Source: Octopus sinensis
Lineage: Eukaryota
Length of the DNA stretch: 64,000 nt
NCBI RefSeq assembly: GCF_006345805.1
Contig: NC_042998.1
Span: forward strand, 20,832,001 to 20,896,000
Reading direction: 5' to 3'
Both the position numbers and the translations under genes were made by a program. Positions 54,501 to 64,000 of this stretch are shown in pieces. Position 1 is the first letter of the stretch; each line of letters begins with the position of its first letter. A model generated the notes under the pieces. That model had not been told where the DNA came from. It saw only the letters and a list, made by a program, of their open reading frames with translations, and searched no databases.

Positions 54501-56622
54501 ACGTGTGCGAAAGATTTTATGGCATAAAAGCTACATGGGTATATTAGATGCACCCCATTTCAGCCATATTCAGGTGAAAAAGTTTTTTGTTCATTAAAGG
54601 TTGTAATATAGGCCCAACTTTGCACATACGAGGTGAAGTTTTGAGACATTTTTTTTCCCAAAAAATTCTCTTATATGCCATCAAATACATTGTGGGAGTG
54701 TGTAATCACTTCTGTAAGTTTTTTTCATATAAATGGTGAGTCTGATAGGGTCATGTATGCTGTCACAACTCCCTGTCCAAAACCATTCTTCAGGGCACAG
54801 CTGAGGGAGGGCAAAAGAGAGGCACACAGACAAAATCCTGGTTTGATAACATCAAGGACTGGATGGTTCACAACACAGCAAAACCTGCTATGCATGACAG
54901 AGAACAGACTGACTATGAAAGCAACTAGAGTGTCCCCCCCCCCCAATGACTGGCTGCATCAGTTAAGGGATATCTTGATGATGATGAGGCTTCAATATAA
55001 TATTTGAATAATAATAAAATCTTCTACCTTGTGACATATTTAATAACTATCCAATGTATATTTTTACAGGACCAAACAGCTGCAACTGAAAAAGTTTCCT
55101 GTGATGTAAGTATTTAACAAAGTTTCTAACATTTTGTGGGGTTTTAGTCAAATGACTGAAACAAGTAAAGGATTTTATATATATGTATGCATGTATATAT
55201 ATATATATATGAAATTGTAGTTGTGATACTGTGCCGGTGCAATGTAAAAAGCACCATCTGAATGTGGCCGATGCCAGCGCCACCATGACTGGCTTCCATG
55301 CCAGTGGCACATAAAAAGCACCAACCGATCATATATATATATGGATGTAACCCAATTTTAACCTCTGACGAGGCCCTATGGTTATATATATAAGTACCCT
55401 ATTTTTAAATGCCTATAACCTCATTATGTTGACAACTATGGGCACCAATAATAAAAATAAAAATAACTACTTTTAACCATAGGCTGAAACAGCTGTAAGT
55501 AGTGATTTTAATGATTTCAATAATTTATATTATGATTTTTATAATTTGTATTCTTATATGTATTGAATTATAAAATATATATGTATGCTATTAAGGTTCT
55601 TATTTTGTTAAATGAATAAATAATCCAACATTCTAATATCCGAAAGTTGATGAACAAACTAAATTTGTTTCTCCATTTTCTTATTTGTATTATATATATA
55701 TATATCATCATCATTTAGCGTCCGTTTTCCATGCTAGCATGGGTTATATATATATATATATATATATATAGTCAAGCATGACCTCAGAGTGTTGGGCCTC
55801 ACTGAGGCAATGGCGAAGGACCGAGATCTCTGGAGATATGCTGTGACTGCAAAGACCCGGGCTGCTTCCTGCACCAGTCCCGCATAGCCCTTGCCCATTC
55901 AAAGTACCTTGGATTCCAGAACATCCCGCTGTGCTTGAGGAGACCTGTTGAGTCAAGTACATGAACATTGAAATAAATATCAATGGAAATAGTAGTTGTG
56001 ATACCCGTGCCGGTGGCACATAAAAAGCACCATCCGAACGTGGCCGATGCCAGTGCTGCCTCGACTGGCTCCAGTGCCGGTGGCACATAAAAAGCACCAT
56101 CCGAACGTGGCCGATGCCAGTGCTGCCTCGACTGGCTCCAGTGCCGGTGGCACATAAAAAGCACCATCCGAACGTGGCCGATGCCAGCGCTGCCTTAGAT
56201 GGCTTCCGTGCCGGTGGCACGTTAAAAGCACTAACTGATCGTGGCCAATGCCAGACCCCCCTGGCACCTGTGCAGGTGGCACGTAAAAAGCACCCACTAC
56301 ACTCGCGGAGTGGTTGGCGTTAGGAAGGGCATCCAGCTGTAGAAACTCTGCCAGATCAAACTGGAGCCTGGTGCAGCCTCTGGCTTCCCAGACCCCGGTC
56401 GAACCATCCAACCCGTGCTAGCGCAGAAAACGGACGTTAAACGATGATGATGATGATGATGATGATATATAAATGTATATATATTATTGAATATGTATAT
56501 GAATGTATATATAAATAAGTTTTTTTTCTCTTTTTGTTCAGATTACCAATCCATTTGATTTACTCGACAATCAAGAAAAGCAATTAAAATCATCAGGGAA
56601 TTGCTGCAATGGCGCTAACTGA
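22516..56622 (+). CDS. AS3MT: Arsenite methyltransferase, spliced CDS join(22516..22688,33354..33504,35625..35761,42039..42108,47808..47889,49571..49702,50888..51030,52981..53070,55070..55105,56542..56622), 364 aa
   Basis: Manual splice reconstruction: all GT..AG introns, phases 2,0,2,0,1,1,0,0,0, total 1095 nt with no internal stop. The translation has the AS3MT motifs YYGCGLVIP, ILDLGSGSG (SAM binding), GVDMT, GYIE, SNCVINL, GGELYFSD, GALYW, TNPF and a C-terminal CC, collinear with human AS3MT as recalled. Confidence 0.93.
25545..28460 (+). mobile_element. CR1-clade LINE, ORF2 (APE endonuclease plus RT) nearly complete, one frameshift near 25810, (ATT)n tail
   Basis: LSLNARSL, VTETW, VYRPP, AGDFN, NYRPVSLTS, YLDFAKAF, GVPQGSVLGP, YADD, RDLG, VRPHLEFAS, FFTLRVAEAWNKLP; stop at 28386. 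5' boundary approximate; lies in AS3MT intron 1. Confidence 0.93.
29859..30247 (+). mobile_element. Non-autonomous Helitron
   Basis: A|TC...hairpin-CTAG|T, same family as 2798-3187. Confidence 0.85.
31198..32145 (+). pseudogene. Helitron Rep (HUH endonuclease) remnant interrupted by a SINE
   Basis: NQYCVDIFAKV, GRSVILLSSYTEGP, FLTFSCNPKW, RVFHLKL and YTVEWQKRGLPHAHILLWL (HUH motif); stops and frameshifts. Confidence 0.85.
31697..31930 (+). mobile_element. SINE family B representative (central GCCTTTCATCCTTTCGGGGTCGATAAA domain)
   Basis: Other copies at about 16560-16700(-), 24320-24545(-), 24757-24989(-), 37690-37918(+), 48290-48690(-), 48830-49010(+), 54225-54460(-). The central motif resembles the Meta/MESC SINE domain as recalled, not verified. 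Confidence 0.8.
32170..33109 (+). mobile_element. Tc1/mariner superfamily transposase remnant, maT (DD37D)-type
   Basis: FDQDQKVNRRNDRW, VLGVVS..GHVMPP and WPSNSPDLNPFDY; 37 residues between the (mutated) second Asp and the final Asp; in-frame stops. Confidence 0.8.
33354..33504 (+). CDS. AS3MT: AS3MT exon 2 (YYGCGLVIPESLEGMKILDLGSGSGQDCFALSKLVGADGYIVGVDMTQEQ)
   Basis: tttattcag acceptor, gtaaga donor, SAM-binding motif I. Confidence 0.95.
33674..34239 (-). mobile_element. Internally deleted mariner element with TIRs
   Basis: HPPYSPDIAPSDFHLFRSL; about 28 bp TIR TTGGGTTGTCCAGAAAGTTCATGCCGATTT-like; TA flanks. Confidence 0.9.
34272..34560 (+). mobile_element. RTE 3' UTR fragment with (GAT)n tail
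   Basis: Matches 63570-63839. Similar fragments occur at about 36090-36620, 48090-48290, 49190-49443 and 52250-52800 (minus). Confidence 0.85.
34964..35360 (-). mobile_element. Non-autonomous Helitron
   Basis: Reverse-complement termini of the same family. Confidence 0.85.
35625..35761 (+). CDS. AS3MT: AS3MT exon 3 (LDIANQYIDYHTKLFDYKTPNVKFVKGYIEHLTDAGFKENYFDII)
   Basis: Polypyrimidine-ccag acceptor, gtatgt donor, GYIE motif. Confidence 0.93.
37267..37683 (+). mobile_element. tRNA-derived SINE family A, full-length representative (internal microsatellite)
   Basis: A-box TGGCTGTGTGGT, B-box GGTTCAGTCCC, conserved 3' end ...GACTGAAACAAGTAAAAGAG. Other copies at about 1848-2285(-), 6735-6900(+), 6970-7366(-), 16780-16925(+), 25005-25168(-), 29255-29645(+), 30325-30745(-), 30783-31197(+), 43095-43505(+), 44316-44712(+), 44755-45232(-), 45410-45790(-), 46390-47230(-), 51165-51755(-), 58640-59372(+, two copies), 63965-64000(-). 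Confidence 0.88.
39412..40235 (-). mobile_element. Fragment of the same RTE family (RT domain), degenerate
   Basis: MKTRKAHGPSGITAEMLKISGSVG, GVHQGSV and LLYADD match 61164-61950. Confidence 0.92.
40463..40672. repeat. Palindromic MITE-like element, 72 bp arms
   Basis: 40463-40534 is the reverse complement of 40601-40672 with about one mismatch. Confidence 0.75.
41506..41760 (+). mobile_element. SINE family C (tRNA-like head, TTGAGCAAAACACTT body)
   Basis: A-box TGGCTTAGTGG and B-box GTTTCGATTCC; second copy at 4985-5142(-). Confidence 0.8.
42039..42108 (+). CDS. AS3MT: AS3MT exon 4 (SNCVINLSADKKAVLAQAYKILK)
   Basis: ttttag acceptor, gtgagt donor, SNCVINL motif (Cys157). Confidence 0.95.
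42462..42843 (-). mobile_element. Non-autonomous Helitron
   Basis: Reverse-complement termini of the same family. Confidence 0.85.
43649..44045 (+). mobile_element. Non-autonomous Helitron flanked by a 38 bp direct repeat
   Basis: A|TC...CTAG|T termini; flanks 43611-43648 and 44046-44083. Confidence 0.85.
46542..46927 (-). mobile_element. SINE family D inserted into a family A SINE, TSD CTAAGTTA
   Basis: Head TGGCCCAGTGGTTAGGGCAGCGG...GTTTCGATTCC; TSD at 46534-46541 and 46930-46937. Other pieces at 13909-14090(+) and 51432-51546(-). Confidence 0.8.
47375..47698 (+). mobile_element. 5'-truncated copy of the same CR1 LINE (3' end plus ATT tail)
   Basis: Near-identical to 28135-28455. Confidence 0.9.
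47808..47889 (+). CDS. AS3MT: AS3MT exon 5 (EGGELYFSDMYADQEVPADIRTNKELW)
   Basis: ctgttag acceptor, gtttgt donor, GGELYFSD motif. Confidence 0.92.
49571..49702 (+). CDS. AS3MT: AS3MT exon 6 (EGLSGALYWKQLLELTQEIGFSQVHIVSISRIPVEREDYKKLI)
   Basis: T-run then ccaaag acceptor, gtaaga donor, GALYW motif. Confidence 0.92.
49790..50300 (+). mobile_element. Old RTE-clade LINE C-terminal fragment (different family)
   Basis: IRIFNTNVKGVLLYGAETW, FINRCLR..LKIRWP, KWKWIG and GRPKNLW; frameshifted. Confidence 0.8.
50888..51030 (+). CDS. AS3MT: AS3MT exon 7 (NIKYAAVTCRLFKLPKNSKPSSAQVVYTGGIVDHEDSLKFSRHITFS)
   Basis: ttttcag acceptor, gtaagt donor, RLFK and QVVYxGGI motifs. Confidence 0.92.
52981..53070 (+). 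CDS. AS3MT: AS3MT exon 8 (SNKPVTVDADLHAILKYSRFGEKFQITEQN)
   Basis: ttttcag acceptor, gtaagt donor, AILKxSRF motif. Confidence 0.9.
53190..53756 (+). mobile_element. Internally deleted mariner element, same family
   Basis: Same TIRs and YSPDIAPSD motif; TA flanks. Confidence 0.9.
55070..55105 (+). CDS. AS3MT: AS3MT exon 9, 36 nt (DQTAATEKVSCD)
   Basis: tttttacag acceptor and gtaagt donor, phase 0/0. Sequence is poorly conserved, so support comes mainly from the splice signals. Confidence 0.65.
55365..55497 (+). ncRNA. Degenerate hammerhead-like motif with long stem II
   Basis: CTGACGA, GGCCCTATGGTTA pairing with TAACCATAGGCT, GAA, palindrome ACAGCTGT, then A. Stem I has only about 2-3 bp. 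Confidence 0.45.
55770..56465 (+). mobile_element. 5'-truncated RTE (last codons plus 3' UTR plus GAT tail)
   Basis: VKHDLRVLGLTEAMAKDRDLWRY resembles the end of the 62 kb ORF; shares the 3' terminal sequence. Confidence 0.85.
56542..56622 (+). CDS. AS3MT: AS3MT last coding exon (ITNPFDLLDNQEKQLKSSGNCCNGAN*)
   Basis: Long polypyrimidine tract then cag; ITNPF resembles the human ITDPF motif; terminal CC; TGA at 56620-56622. Confidence 0.88.
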   Translation: MTNPFDLLDNQEKQLKSSGNCCNGAN

Positions 56623-59600
56623 TTCGTTCTCTGTATTTGGTTATATGTAATTGCTTAATAAGCAAAACAATTTGATACAAATTTCAGTTATTCTTCAATT
56701 TTTTGTTAACCATCAGTTGTAATAATAATAATAGTAATAATAATATCTTTTAGACTAATATGAATACTACTGTGCATGAAATCACTATATTCTACCAAAT
56801 AATACATTGAAATACTTAATTTGATGAGAAATCAATAATATGATCAACTAGCAAAGAGCACATATGAACATTAATAAGTTTCAGAGCAAACAAGAAAGCC
56901 TTTATGTTTCTCCCTGATCTGTTGGAAATAATAGCTAAATCTCCCTGAAATCACACCCTGCTTTTCTTAAAAACAGAAGGCCACATTGGATTATGTGGTC
57001 TTAGATATATTATTCGAAAAAAGAAAAATTGATTGGATGGTCATGTCAGGGATGTCTTTGGGATTGACCTTTTAAGGATTTAAATCAGCTGTATCCAGCT
57101 AAAATATTTTACCTGTTTTATGTTCAAACTAACTAGATTTGGCATTTCACACCTGTTCTACAATGTCATTCTGAAAGTAAACAATCTTACCAAAATCTTG
57201 AAGTTGATGTATAGTTAAAGCAATGAATGAATAAGCATTAAATTTGACAGAATAGTCTGAATGCTAAAGGGATAGACAGGAAGTTTGTCAGTTGGATTTG
57301 AATTTGGCTATAACAATTCCACATCACTTGTTTCACAAAATACCTTTTGAGAAAAGCATAAACATAATAGTTTATATTTATCTTGTCTTTTAGTGGAGCA
57401 AACCAAGCTTTGATGGAGATTTGAGAGTTGAAAAATAAAAGATATAATAATTTGTCTATAATCCTTTGAGTATCAGATGAATAATACCAAATTTGGTTAG
57501 TTATAGGCAATGTAGAATTTAAGGTGGTTAGACATTGGTCTACTCTGGCAAAAGTAAAACAAGACAGGCAAAATTGTGATAAAAAGAAAAAGTAATTTTT
57601 CAAAAGTTAGAGTATTAGAATGTGAGGAAAAGAAATGGATTTTAATATTTTGAGCGGTATGCTCTTTAACAAGATAAGTTGTTTGGAGTTACCCATACTA
57701 ATACAATAAGGGAAAATAATTTAGGCAAATAATTTGAAAAGTAAAACCCAGGAGCAAAACCCTAAATAGTTAAAAGGGAAGCATTTTATTTCCTTAATAT
57801 TTAATTTTTTTTTATTATTTGTCATAAGTAAGATAATCCATATTACATATGCGATTATCCTTATGGTCAGCCTTTCTTATGTTTTTATTCAATTCAATGA
57901 TAGGTACAGTCTACTACAGGGTTGATTTCTTGTAATCTAATTCCAAATATGTAATCCTAAATACCCGAATGATGAATGTGTGTAACACATAATAAAAAAT
58001 TGCTTTTATAAAACTATATAACACCAAGCTAAAGTAATAGCAGTTTCCTTCTGTCTCCTAACACATCGTATCTCACAGTACAATGCATACTCTAGTGAAT
58101 AAAGCCGTATTTTGTTTTTTTTACTATCTGTATTCTTTCTTTTTTGTGAAATACATTTTTTTAGTGTATAATTTTTGTGTTTCAGAATAAAATAGTTCTT
58201 GAATTTTATTTTTGTTAGTTTAATTTTTTATGCAATAATTATTACTTTTTATCTTCTCTCAGTAAACAAGAGAAAGAAATTTGAATGCAAAATTTTCTCT
58301 CTCATTCTCCTTCTGTTACAAGGAAACACACACACACATGCATGTACACACACACACACACATACACACACAAACATACACACACATGCACCCACACACA
58401 GGCACACACATGGTGGACTTTCAGTTTCTGTCTATCAAATCCACTCATGGTTTTGGTTTGCCCTGGTACCTAAAAGAAGACACTTGCCCAAGGTACCATG
58501 CCCTGAAATTGAACCTGAAACCAAATGGTTGGGAAACACATATTTTAACTTCACATTCACACCTGCATTATGATGTATAAAAAATATATATTTACAAACT
58601 TTTAGATTTAACAATTGAGTCTTTAATAATTCGGGTGTATATATAGGCGTAGGCATGGCTGTGTAATAAGTGTATTGTTTCCCAACCACATGGTTCCAGG
58701 TTCAGTCCCACTGCTTGACACCTTGGGCAAGTATCTTCTACTATACCCTAAAGCTGACCAAAGCCTTGTGAATGGATTTGGCAGATGGAAACTGAAAGAA
58801 GCCTGTTGAATATATGTGTGTGTTTTTGTGTTTGTTCCCTACTGCTGCTTGACAACTGGTATTGGTGTGTTTACATCCCTGTAACTTAGTGGTTCAGCAA
58901 ATGTGACCAATAGAATAAGTATGTGGCTTAAAAGAAAAAAGTACTGGGATTGATTCATTTGGCTAAAAAACATTCTTCAGGCATAGGAGTGGCTGTGTGG
59001 TAAGTAGCTTGCATACGAATCACATGGTTCCTGGTTCAGTCCCACTGTGTAGCACCTTGGGCAAGTGTCTTCTACTACAGCCTCGGGCCAACCAAAGCCT
59101 TATGAGTTGATTTGTTAGACGGAAACTAAAAGAAGCCTGTCGTATATATGTATGTGTGTGTATATGTTTGTGTGTCTGTGTTTGTCCCCACCAATTATCG
59201 CTTGACAACCGATGCTGGTGTGTTTACGTCCCCGTAATTTAGTGGTTCGGAAAAAGAGACCGATAGAATAAGTACTAGGCTTACAAAGAATAATTCCTGG
59301 GGTCGATTTGCTTGACTAAAGGCAGTGCTCCAGTATGGCCACAATCAAATGACTGAGACGAGTAAAAGAGTAACTGATTCTCCTGATGTTTCTTTTACCC
59401 AAAGCCAGTAACTTTTCAGCACCCCCCCCCCTCATAGTAGCTATGATTCTTTGGAAGTAAGCAATGGTGATGAGGAAAGAAAGAACCTGTTTGTTGTGTT
59501 AAAGTGATAATGGTAGTGAGGGAGAATGGCCTTCTCTATAATGCTGAAGTTGCAGTTGTGGTAGTGAAGGCTCTGTCTCTCAGCATTGGTTCTTTCTTTG

Positions 59601-59980
59601 AAAATTGAGGTTAAACGTGGTGGTGATCGCTGTTGTGTCAGTCAGAAAGTAGGATACAAGCTGTCAGTGTTGACCTTTCTTCAGCATAGTAATATTGCGA
59701 AATTAAAAAAAATATGTTAATGAGGTTGCAAAAGGTCGAATTGAATTTTCTGATTAGTTGTAAAGTACACGTTACATTCATCATGGGGAAATAAGCTGAT
59801 ACCCACTCTGAGAGAATCAAAGAATTAGTAGATCAAATCCTAGCTGAGTTATTTACTACACACACACACACACATTATTTCTATTTGTCTGTTTCACTTT
59901 CAGTTGTGTGTGTGTATATATATTTATATATATATATGGTGTGTAGGTGTGGTTGTATATGCATATATATATATATATAT

Positions 59981-62900
59981 ACAGGTAAGGTAATCGAGGT
60001 AGTCAGAGTAAGTGACAGAATAATTAAAATTAGATTAGTCCTTCACCATAGGACAGCTACCATCATCTCGGCATATGCCCCTCAACCAGGGCTACCGGAA
60101 GGACAAAAAGACCAATTCTATGACACCCTATTGCGGACTACCTCATTGACAAATGACAGTGACCTTCTCTTCGTGGCAGGTGATTTCAATGGACATGTTG
60201 GACGACATGTCGGGGGCTTCCATGGCGTCCATGGAGGCTACGGTTTTGGCTCTCGTAATGAGGAGGGAACCAGGCTGCTGGAGTTCTGCGATGCAAATGA
60301 CCTTATGGTCTGCAATACCAACTTCAGGAAACTCACCTAGTCACCTACCGTTCTGGCAGACACACCAGCCAGATTGACTACATCCTTGCCAGAAAAAGGG
60401 AAAGAGGGCTGATTATAAATGCCAAAACCTTTCCAGGCGAAGAATGTACTCCCCAACATAGATTAGTGGTTAGCGACTTCAGGATCAGAGCTAAATGGTT
60501 GCCCAGAAGAAGACCAGCTTGGAGGAGAAGGGTCTGGAAGCTTAAACATCCTGCAAATGGACAGAGATTTAGAGACATACTACTCGAGGCCTTTGACGAA
60601 ATAGAAGGGGATATAGCTTCACTAAATGTGGAAAACAACTGGAGATTCCTACGGGACAATCTGCTGACAGCCACTGACCAGATCTGTGGATGGAGCAAAG
60701 TACCATCTCGACCCAGAGTAACATGGTGGTGGAACACTGTGGTTGACAGGGCTATTAGACAAAAGAGACAGGCTTGGAAGGACTGGAAGAATGGTGGTAG
60801 CAGGGAATTGTATCAGACAGCCAGAAGGGAAGCTAGGAGACAGGTTTATCTAGCCAGAGGGGAAGCGGATAAGAAAAAATTTGCCAATATTCTGAGCCGT
60901 GAGGATGAAAGACTTGAGGTATTTCGTGTTGCAAGACAGTGTGTGAGAGAGAATCGTGATGTGGTAGGAGAGAAGTGTGTTCGCATGGATGATGGTTCAC
61001 TTGTGCTAAATGAGGATGCAAAGAGAGAGGTTTGGAGATGCCAGTATGAAAGGTTGCTGAATAAAGAAAATGAATGGGATAAAGAGAGTCTGCCGAATGT
61101 TGACCCAACAGAGGGACCAGCTATCCGAGTTGATAGTTCCGTGGTAGCTAAGGCAATTAGAAGCATGAAGACAGGGAAAGCCCCAGGCCCATCAGGAATT
61201 ACTGCAGAGATGCTCAAAATATCTGGCAGTGTCGGCTATAGCCTGGTCACCCGTATAGTCAACCAGGTGATACACGAAGGAGTCATACCCAATGACTGGT
61301 GTAGCAGCACACTAGTCAACTGCTACAAAGGTAAAGGTGATGCCCTAGATACAAATAATTACAGAGGTATCAAGCTGTTGGATCAAGTAATGAAGGTTAC
61401 GGAGAGGGTCATAGCCCAACTAATTAGAGAGAGAGTTAGTTTAGATGAGATGCAGTTTGGGTTCGTGCCAGGGAAAAGTACCACTGATGCTATATTCCTG
61501 GTAAGGCAGCTGCAGGAGAAATACCTAGCCAAAGATAAGCCCCTGTACCTGGCTTTTGTTGACATGGAGAAAGCTTTTGATAGGGTCCCCCGATCCCTTA
61601 TCTGGTGGTCAATGAGGAAACTGGGGATAGATGAATGGCTGGTGAGGACTGTGCAAGCCATGTACAGAGATGCCGTAAGTAAGGTTAGGGTTGGCAACAT
61701 GTACACAGAAGAATTCAAAGTAGAGGTTGGGGTCCACCAGGGTTCAGTACTCAGCCCCCTCCTATTTATCATAGTCCTCCAGGCAATTACGGAGGAATTC
61801 AAGACAGGTTGTCCCTGGAAGCTCCTCTACGCTGACGACCTTGCTCTTATTGCTGAGTCACTATCAGAGCTGGAGGAGAAGTTCCAGGTGTGGAAGGAGG
61901 GTTTAGAATCGAGGGGCCTTAGAGTCAACCTAGCTAAAACCAAAGTACTAATAAGTAGGAAGGTAGACAATCCACAAATGTCTTCAGGAAGATGGCCCTG
62001 CTCGATCTGTAGAAAAGGTGTAGGTAGAAACTCTATAAGATGTACCCAGTGTAAGCTATGGACACATAAGAGGTGCAGCAATGTCAAAGGTAGGCTAACT
62101 GGGAAGATAGTTTTTGTATGTGGCAAATGCTCTGGAGCATTAACCTCCGAAAATCTGCAGAAAATAACTTCCGTCACTTTCCAGGGGGAAAACTAGAAGT
62201 AGTTGATAGCTTCCGTTATCTAGGTGACCAAGTCAGTAGTGGGGGTGGGTGCGCTGAAAGTGTAACTGCTAGAATAAGAATAGCCTGGGCAAAGTTTAGG
62301 GAGCTCTTACCTCTGCTGGTGACTAAAGGCCTCTCGCTCAGAGTAAAAGGCAGACTGTATGATGCGTGTGTACGAACAGCCATGCTACATGGCAGTGAAA
62401 CATGGGCCGTGACTGCCGAGGACATGCGTAAGCTCGTGAGGAATGAAGCCAGTATGCTCCGATGGATGTGTAATGTCAGTGTACATACTCGACAGAGCGT
62501 TAGCACCTTGAGAGAAATGTTGTACCTAAGAGGCATCAGTTGTGGTGTGCAAGAGAGACGATTGCGCTGGTATGGTCATGTGGCGAGAATGGATGAAGAT
62601 AGGTGTGTGAGAAAGTGCCAATCCTTAGCAGTTGAGGGAACCCGTGGAAGAGGTAGACCCAGGAAAACCTGGGACGAGGTGGTGAAGCACGACCTTCGAA
62701 CTTTAGGCCTCACTGAGGAAATGACCAGCGACCGAGACCTTTGGAAATATTCTGTACGTGAGAAGACCAGGCAGGACAAGTGAGCCCAGCCCACTTATGA
62801 ATGCCTTCCTCCCTTGGACACAAAGACCTGTTGAGGCAAGCGAAGTCGATATAGAACCTCATCCGACGACAGGCACCCATGCCAACCCCCTTTGCTTGCG

Positions 62901-63839
62901 AAGACATGTTGGGGCAAGCGAAATCGAATTGAACCAGCCAGGATTCCTGGTCTGGTGGTACGTAAAAAGCACTATCCGACTCGTGGCCGATGCCAGCGCC
63001 GCCTCCACTGGCTTCCGTGCCGGTGGCACGTAAATTACACCAATCTGACCGTACGACAGGCACCCATGCCAACCCCCTTGCTTGCGAAGACATGTTGGGG
63101 CAAGCGAAATCGAATTGAACCAGCCAGGATCCCTGGTCTGGTGCTACGTAAAAAGCACTATCCGACTCGTGGCCGATGCCTCCACTGGCTTCCGTGCCGG
63201 TGGCACGTAAAATACACCAATCTGACCGTACGACAGGCACCCATGCCAACCCCCTTGCTTGCGAAGACATGTTGGGGCAAGCGCAAACGAAATCGAAATC
63301 GAATTGAACCAGCCAGGATCCCTGGTCTGGTGGTACGTAAAAAGCACTATCCGACTCGTGGCCGATGCCAGCGCCGCCTCCACTGGCTTCCGTGCCGGTG
63401 GCACGTAAAATACACCAATCTGACCGTACGACAGGCACCCATGCCAACCCCCTTGCTTGCGAAGACATGTTGGGGCAAGCGAAATCGAAATCGAATTGAA
63501 CCAGCCAGGATCCCTGGTCTGGTGGTACGTAAAAAGCACTATCCGACTCGTGGCCGATGCCAGCACCCCCTCGTTTGGCTTCCGTGCAGGTGGCACATAA
63601 AATACACCAATCCGACCGTGGCCGTTGCCAGCCTCGCCTGGCACCTGTGCAGGTGGCACGTAAAAAGCACCCACTACACTCACGGAGTGGTTGGCGTTAG
63701 GAAGGGCATCCAGCTGTAGAAACACTGCCAGATAAGACTGGAGCCTGGTGCAGCCTTCTGGCTTTCCAGATCCCCGGTCGAACCGTCCAACCCATGCTAG
63801 CATGGAGAACGGACGTTAAACGATGATGATGATGATGAT
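59981..63839 (+). mobile_element. RTE-clade LINE, 5'-truncated within the endonuclease, two frameshifts (about 60332 and 62185), PHD finger in ORF, tandem-repeat 3' UTR, (GAT)n tail
   Basis: SAYAPQ, AGDFNGHVG, NYRGIKLL, QFGFVPG, FVDMEKAFDRV, GVHQGSVLSP, YADD, FRYLG, MLHGSETW, LRWYGH, GRPRKTW; stop at 62783. Confidence 0.95.
62866..63615 (+). repeat. Four tandem units of about 180-200 bp in the RTE 3' UTR
   Basis: Units start at 62866, 63053, 63230 and 63428 (ACGACAGGCACCCATGCCAACCCC). Confidence 0.9.
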
Positions 63840-64000
63840 AGATATATATATATATATAGATAAAACTTACAAATATAGCTATATATATATATATATATAT
63901 ATAGATAAAACTTACAAATATAGCTATATATATACACACATATATATATATATATATATATACTCTTTACTCTTTTACCCTTTTACTTGTTTCAGTCATT

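Noticed and set aside
56623-58100. AS3MT polyadenylation site
   Set aside because: Several AATAAA/ATTAAA hexamers (for example 57434 and 57991) occur in AT-rich DNA; none can be chosen without transcript data.
60378-62794. Minus-strand ORFs opposite the RTE ORF
   Set aside because: Shadow frames of the LINE coding sequence.
62710-63939. Several 200-275 aa minus-strand ORFs with internal repeats
   Set aside because: Antisense translations of the RTE 3' UTR tandem units.

Overview
Eukaryotic, AT-rich, repeat-dense genomic DNA. The repeat families look like those of an Octopus-type cephalopod; this is an inference from repeat content, not a database hit. One host gene can be reconstructed by hand: a + strand arsenite methyltransferase (AS3MT) with 10 coding exons from 22516 to 56622. 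All introns are GT-AG, the reading phases are consistent, and the CDS is 1095 nt (364 aa). Its promoter and first coding exon are duplicated (second ATG at 18000) around two large fold-back elements with long terminal inverted repeats. The residue equivalent to the arsenic-binding Cys206 of human AS3MT is Gly. The rest of the window is transposon-derived: a frameshifted Gypsy LTR element, a near-complete CR1 LINE, RTE LINEs (one with a PHD finger inside ORF2), non-autonomous Helitrons, a Helitron Rep remnant, maT and mariner remnants, four tRNA-derived SINE families and long microsatellites. A minimal hammerhead ribozyme with a compensatory U3-A8 core lies at 7922-7963 inside a Penelope-like repeat arrangement, and a second, degenerate hammerhead lies in AS3MT intron 9. 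There is a 100-N assembly gap at 9529-9628. All coordinates were counted by hand; repeat boundaries are approximate.
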